Shown piece after piece: positions 58,415 through 64,000 of a stretch of 64,000 nt of DNA. Numbering within the stretch: position 1 is the first letter of the stretch; each line of letters opens with the position of its first letter. Made by a program: the position numbers and the translations under genes. The notes beneath the pieces were generated by a model. It saw only the letters and a program-made list of their open reading frames with translations. It searched no databases and was not told the origin of the DNA. The DNA lies in the NCBI GenBank assembly GCA_050951805.1, contig JBMNJT010000008.1, forward strand, positions 224,001 through 288,000, written 5' to 3'. Origin of the DNA: Bacillota bacterium (GTDB lineage Bacteria > Bacillota > DTU025).

Positions 58415-61400
58415 ATGAAATACGCAGATTTGATAAACTTCAATCCAATCGAAAGCATTATCCAGCTTACGGCGGCTAATGACAAGAAAGAAGCAATAAA
58501 TCTGGTTAAAAGCTATGTCATGTCCGATGATATGGCGGACAAGCTAACCAATAATATGCTTTCACAGCTTCGGTTAGATGATGTGGTAGACAATAAAGGT
58601 GTTTTGCTGGTAGGTAACTACGGTACAGGTAAATCACACCTTATGTCGGTCATTTCTTCAATAGCATACGATGCCGAAAACCTTGACTATGTACAAAACA
58701 AAAAGTTTGCCGAGGCTGCCAGGATCATTGCGGGGAAGTTTGAAGTTCTGCGTATTGAGATAGGCGCATCAAAAATGTCCCTCAGGAACATCATCCTGAC
58801 AAAAGTAAAGCAGGATTTTGCTGAACGTGGGCTCATCTTTGACTTCCCTGATGAAAAGGATATTATCTCAAATAAAGATGTGCTCCTGACCATGATGGAT
58901 TTGTTTTCATCCAAATATACCGACAAAGGATACCTGATTGTGGTGGATGAGTTCCTCGACTATCTTGGCGGCCGTAAAAGCCAGGAGATTAAGCTCGACT
59001 TGGGCTTCATGCGCGAGCTGGGAGAAATTATTAAAACTTCCCGTTTAAGAGCTATTTTCGGAGTACAGGAAAAACTTTTTGATAACCCCAGCTTTTCATT
59101 TGTATCCAATACTTTAAACCGGGTAAAGGATAGGTTTGAGCAAGTCATCATTCGTAAGGAAGATACGGCCTATGTTGTATCTGAAAGAATACTGAAGAAG
59201 ACTCCTGAACAGAAGGCGCTGATCCGTGAGCACTTGCAAAAGTTCTGCAGTCTGTATACCAATATGTCGGAGCGCATGGAGGAGTACGTTGACCTGTTCC
59301 CTATTCATCCTTCATATATTGAAGTTTTTAACAAGATTTACATTATTGAGAACCGTCATATACTAAAAAACATTTCGGAGATCATCAGGCGGATACTTGA
59401 CGATGAAATTACTGATGAATCTCCCGGCATTGTATCATTTGACAGCTACTGGTCCTTTATCAAGGAAAACCTTGCCCTTAAAACAGATGCCAATATTAAA
59501 GAAGTCGTTGAAAAGAGCGGCATGCTGGAGGATATCGTCAACCGTTCATTTCCTAAACGTCTTTATAAACCTTTGGCCTTGCAGATAATATATGCTTTAA
59601 GCGTACATAGATTAACCACCGGTGACATCAGTATCCGTGCGGGACTTACTGCAGAAAACCTAAGGGATGACCTCTGTTTATATTTAAAAGGCATGCCAGA
59701 CCAAAGCTCGGATACTTTGCAATCTTTGATTCAAACGGTTCTGAAGGATATAATGACCACTGTCAGCGGGCAGTTTATTGAACATAATGCAGATAACGGC
59801 CAATACTATCTGGACTTGAAAAAAGATATCGACTACGACGAAAAAATCACGCAAAGAGCGGCTATTATGGATGATGACAGTCTGAATAGCTATTTTTATG
59901 ATGTAGTTTATTATTGCTTAGAGTGGGATCAGAAAGAATATGTTGATAATTTCAAAATCTATGAACACCGGTTAAACTGGGTGTCTCATGCTATTTTTCG
60001 CTCAGGCTACCTATTCTTTGGCACACCTGAATCGCGTCCGACTGCTCAGCCGCCAGAGGATTATTACATATACTTTATTCCTCCCTATGGCAATGAGAGC
60101 TATACGGATGACAAGAAGGACGATGAGGTCTTTTTCCTGTTTAAACCCAACGAAGACTTCAAGAACACGCTGAAGTTATATGGTGCTGCTCAAATACTGA
60201 AAGATTTGGCCGAAGAAAAAAATAAGCCTGCCTATCAAAACAAAGCTGAAGTTTTCAAGAAAAAGCTGACGAAATACCTGAGCGAAAATAAGAATACTTG
60301 CTTTGAAGTAATCTATAAGGGCGAAAAGAAGCAGCTGATGGAAGTGATGAAGGGACAATATAAGAGCACCAACCCGTTCAAAGAAACCATTGATCTGGTT
60401 GCTTCCATCTGTTTGGACGAATACTTTACGAAAAAGTATCCTGAGATGCCGAAATTCAAAATTCAGATTACGCACCGCAACCGGGCAGATATTATCCGTG
60501 CAGGCATTGACAGGTTTGCAGGGCGAAAGAACCAACAGGCAAACGCCTTGCTTGAAAGTTTTGATTTACTTGACGGTGAAAAAATTACCGTTCAAAACTC
60601 CAAGTATGCACAATACTTTATCAAAGAGCTGGAAAAGATTCCTGCCAAAGCAGTTATCAATTTCAGTGACATTTATACTGAAGTTCAAAATAAAGATGAA
60701 TATTACCTAGACAAGCGGTTCGGAATCAGCTATGCTCTTTTGCCAATTGTCTTGCTTGCATTGGTTCATACAGGCCATGCCGTCATTGCTTTAAGGAACG
60801 GCACTACCCTGACTGCCTCTGATTTGGAATCATTGCCCAAGATATCAGCCCTTGATATCTATGAGTTTAAGTACATTTCCAAGCCGAAGGACATGCAGCT
60901 GGCAGAGTTGGTCAGGCTGTATGAGCTGCTGGAGCTCCCTGTTGGCCTTATCAACAATCCTGCCCAGCGGGAGGCCGGGCTTGAACAGATGCTTGCCAGA
61001 GCACAGGAGATGGCCAATGTTGCGGTCAGGGCCAACAGCAAGCTGAACGGAGAATTTGAGCTTTGGGGCGAACCGCTGATTGCCGACCATCTTGCTTCGG
61101 ATTATAAGGCTTCTGCTAAGAGGGTGCTGGACATATTTGGGAACTTCCAGAGCAGGTTCAATACCGTGGCCAAGCTCAATAACTTTAATTACACAATGGA
61201 ACAGATTGAGCAGCTTGGCAAGGATATTGCTGCATCAAAAATTGTTCTGGAATACGAAAAATTCAGGAACGACTGCCTTGCCAATGTCAATTACATGATG
61301 AATTTGGAACGCATGGAGCTTGGTGCTGCCTTAAGAGCAGAGATTGAAGCCGCCAAGGAAAACTTCCGCAAGATTAGAGATGACATACCTCAGGACATGA

Positions 61401-62105
61401 GCGGCGAGGCTGCTGCAGCGGATGTGAACAGTCTGCTGGTAAAAGTCAAAAACCAGTATATTGACATCTACTTTGCAGAGCATCAGAAAAAACGTCTCGG
61501 AGTTTCCGATGGCCAGCGTAAGGGTGAACTGGTCGGGTCGGCAAAACTAGCTAATTTAAAGCGCTTGAAAGCAATCAATAATATTTTTTCGGCATCTAAA
61601 CTGGACAGCATTGAAAAGGATCTGGCCGGGCTCAAAGTCTGCTATGAGCTGACTCCTGATATGCTGAAAACGAACCATTTCTGCACGAAATGCAATTTCT
61701 TGATGGGTGAAGCCGATATTCCGGTAAAAGGCAGGCTTGAAGAGATTGAAGACCGGATTGACAGCCTGCTTGCCGAATGGACGAATACCCTGTTTAATAC
61801 GGTTACGGACCCAACCATTGAAGAGCAGAAGCAATATCTAAGCCCGGAACAGCGCAAGGCAATTGATGCCTTTATAGAAACCAAGACCTTGCCCGAAAAG
61901 ATTGACCAGTTCTTTATTACTGCTATTGAGGATCTGTTGCAAGGTTTTGAACCTGTCGCCATTGCGGCCGACGAACTCATTGACAAGCTCGGTGCGTTCG
62001 GGCCGTGCGATATTGATACCTTCCAGCACAAACTGAAAGCCTCTGCTGGATAGCTATACTAGGGGCAAAGATAAAGAGAAGCTGCGCATTATTGTAAAAA
62101 GATAA
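58415..62105 (+). CDS. brxC: BREX type 3 large ATPase (DUF6079; BrxC/PglY), with an apparent frameshift near the C-terminus
   Basis: MKYADLINFNPIESIIQL, Walker A GNYGTGKSH, Walker B IVVDEFLDYL, LFPIHP. The frame stops at 62053, but the shifted frame continues LLDSYTRGKDKEKLRIIVKR* to 62105. Confidence 0.82.
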
Positions 62106-62117
62106 GGAGAAACTGTT

Positions 62118-64000
62118 ATGAAACTGACCAAGGAAGATATTGATAAGGTACGTCATATTGAGGGCTTCCCTATAGCCAAGGACGAGGATATTATTGCTCT
62201 ATCCAATCCTCCCTATTATACAGCATGCCCTAACCCGTTTATTGAGGATTTTATAAAAGAACATGGCAAGCCTTATGATGAAGCGACTGACGATTATCAT
62301 AGGGAACCGTTTGCTGCGGATGTAAGCGAAGGTAAGAATGACTCGATATATAATGCCCATAGTTATCATACTAAAGTGCCTTACAAGGCCATTATGCGTT
62401 ATATTCTTCATTATACAGAACCAGGTGACATCGTATTTGATGGATTCTGTGGTACTGGAATGACAGGTGTTGCTGCACAAATGTGTGAAAATCCTGAACT
62501 GGAATTCAAGGCCAAAATCGAAGCCGAAATGCCCTATGTGAAATGGGGGGCACGCAAAGCCATATTAAACGACCTTTCACCTGCCGCAACCTTTATAGCC
62601 TATAACTATAATACACCTGTTGATGTTGTAGAATTCGAAAAAGAAGCAAAGCGTATTCTTGCTGAATGTGAAAAAGAATGTGGGTGGATGTATGAAACGC
62701 AGCATACAGTTGACGGTAAGCTGCAGTATGGAATAGATGAAAAGCCGATAATAGGACGCATCAACTACACGGTTTGGAGCGACGTGTTCATCTGCCCCAC
62801 CTGTTCCAATGAAATTGTGTTTTGGGACGCGGCTGTTGACAAGAAAAATGGCAAGGTCAATGACACCTTTTTTTGCCCTCATTGCCGCAGCGAGCTGACC
62901 AAACGCAGCTGCGCACGAGCCCAGGAAACACATTTTGATACACGGCTGAATGAATTTGTCACCATGGCCAAGCAGGTACCGGTTTTAATCAATTACTCGG
63001 TGGGTAAGAAACGGTTCGAAAAAAAGCCGGATGAGTTTGACCTGGCGTTGATTGAAAAAATTGATAATATGGAAATACCTTATTGGTATCCGACGGATGA
63101 ATTGCCAAAAGGAGATAAAACACGTGAGCCGATACGCCTGGGAATTACCCATGTGCATCAGTTTTATACGAGAAGGAATTTGGCGGTATTGGCAACATAT
63201 TTAAGTAAAATTGCATCTGTAAAGTATATTTTATCTGTCACTGCTTCATTGTATCGTTCTACAAAAATGTATAAATTTACTTTGGACCGAAAAATGGGTA
63301 CCGTTAGCGGAACACTGTATATACCTTCCCTTAATGTCGAAAATTCACTATTTAAGTTACTTGATCGAAAGATAAATGATAGTTCTAAGGCATTGCAGAT
63401 TACTCAGAGCTTTCAAAACTTTATACAATGCTGCTCAACTGTTAATTTGTCAACAATACAGGAAAATACAATAGATTATATATTTACTGATCCTCCATTT
63501 GGCGGCAACCTAAACTATTCCGAACTGAACTTTATATGGGAATCATGGCTGAAAGTATTTACCAACCAAAAACAAGAAGCTATTATGAGCACTGTTCAGG
63601 GAAAAGGATTGCTGGAGTATCAGTCGCTAATGACTCAATGCTTCACTGAGTGTTACCGCATCCTGAAACCGGGCCGTTGGATGACGGTGGAATTCCATAA
63701 TTCACGAAACTCCGTCTGGAACGCTATTCAGGAATCATTGATGCGAGCAGGCTTCATTATCGCGGATGTGCGAACAATCAACAAGCAGCAAGGAAGTTTT
63801 AACCAAGTTACGACCACGTCGGCTGTTAAGCAAGACCTTGTAATTTCAGCATATAAACCAAAGGAAAGTTTTAAGCGTGAGTTTATTTCCCACGCTGGAA
63901 GCGAAGAAACAGCATGGAGTTTTGTACGACAGCATCTTGAAAATTTACCCGTAGTTGTTGTTAAGAACGGAAAAATTGAACTAATAGCAGAACGCCAGGC
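62118..64000 (+). CDS. BREX type 3 DNA methyltransferase (PglXI-like), 3'-truncated by the window edge
   Basis: Missing from the ORF track because it is open to the edge. ATG at 62118 after AAGGAG; EGFP...DEDIIALSNPPYYTACPNP, HSYHTKVP, motif I VFDGFCGTG, CPTC/CPHC, motif IV IFTDPPF. Confidence 0.85.
   Translation, partial: MKLTKEDIDKVRHIEGFPIAKDEDIIALSNPPYYTACPNPFIEDFIKEHGKPYDEATDDYHREPFAADVSEGKNDSIYNAHSYHTKVPYKAIMRYILHYTEPGDIVFDGFCGTGMTGVAAQMCENPELEFKAKIEAEMPYVKWGARKAILNDLSPAATFIAYNYNTPVDVVEFEKEAKRILAECEKECGWMYETQHTVDGKLQYGIDEKPIIGRINYTVWSDVFICPTCSNEIVFWDAAVDKKNGKVNDTFFCPHCRSELTKRSCARAQETHFDTRLNEFVTMAKQVPVLINYSVGKKRFEKKPDEFDLALIEKIDNMEIPYWYPTDELPKGDKTREPIRLGITHVHQFYTRRNLAVLATYLSKIASVKYILSVTASLYRSTKMYKFTLDRKMGTVSGTLYIPSLNVENSLFKLLDRKINDSSKALQITQSFQNFIQCCSTVNLSTIQENTIDYIFTDPPFGGNLNYSELNFIWESWLKVFTNQKQEAIMSTVQGKGLLEYQSLMTQCFTECYRILKPGRWMTVEFHNSRNSVWNAIQESLMRAGFIIADVRTINKQQGSFNQVTTTSAVKQDLVISAYKPKESFKREFISHAGSEETAWSFVRQHLENLPVVVVKNGKIELIAERQ

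Larger units (their letters stand above)
57239..64000. mobile_element. AT-rich genomic (defence) island integrated at the rlmD 3' end; continues beyond the window
   Basis: Abrupt drop in GC after the rlmD stop; rlmD ends in HVETVVLMSR, the tail typical of rumA/rlmD-targeting elements in Bacillota; cargo is BREX. No integrase is visible in the window. Confidence 0.75.

Overview
Chromosomal window from a moderately GC-rich, anaerobic, sporulation-lineage Bacillota (inferred from sigH, a Spo0A-like gene, a SpoIID-domain gene, ctsR-mcsA-mcsB-clpC, disA and rho). Gene order, left to right: a 5'-truncated MFS transporter abutting the c-di-AMP receptor darA; a Rex-boxed, Thermotoga-type hydrogen operon (2Fe-2S ferredoxin, PAS-domain sensory [FeFe]-hydrogenase, PP2C phosphatase, trimeric bifurcating HydCBA, rex); SpoIID-domain protein, ECF sigma factor and degV; tRNA-Arg(CCG); a divergent Spo0A paralog with an altered DNA-recognition helix; a nine-gene Na+-type V/A-ATPase operon preceded by a candidate Na+ (DUF1646-type) riboswitch; IS21 and IS1634 remnants; argS; a DUF624/MBL-hydrolase fusion; pyrG; rho; LysM-M23 peptidase; radical SAM protein; the ctsR...radA-disA-carD-yacL-ispDF-cysS-mrnC-rlmB-sigH backbone; HAD hydrolase; tldD/pmbA; rlmD. 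Two copies of a non-coding IS630-like MITE lie at 29043-29842 and 54908-55498. From about 57275 an AT-rich island inserted at the rlmD 3' end carries an HTH regulator and the start of a type-3 BREX defence locus (brxF, DUF6079 ATPase with a near-terminal frameshift, DNA methyltransferase running off the window). The best novelty leads are the Spo0A paralog with its palindromic operator, the MFS-darA pairing, the ECF sigma whose 3'-end promoter feeds degV instead of an anti-sigma, the Na+ riboswitch candidate and the MITE with its internal palindromic repeats. All calls were made by eye; no searches were run.
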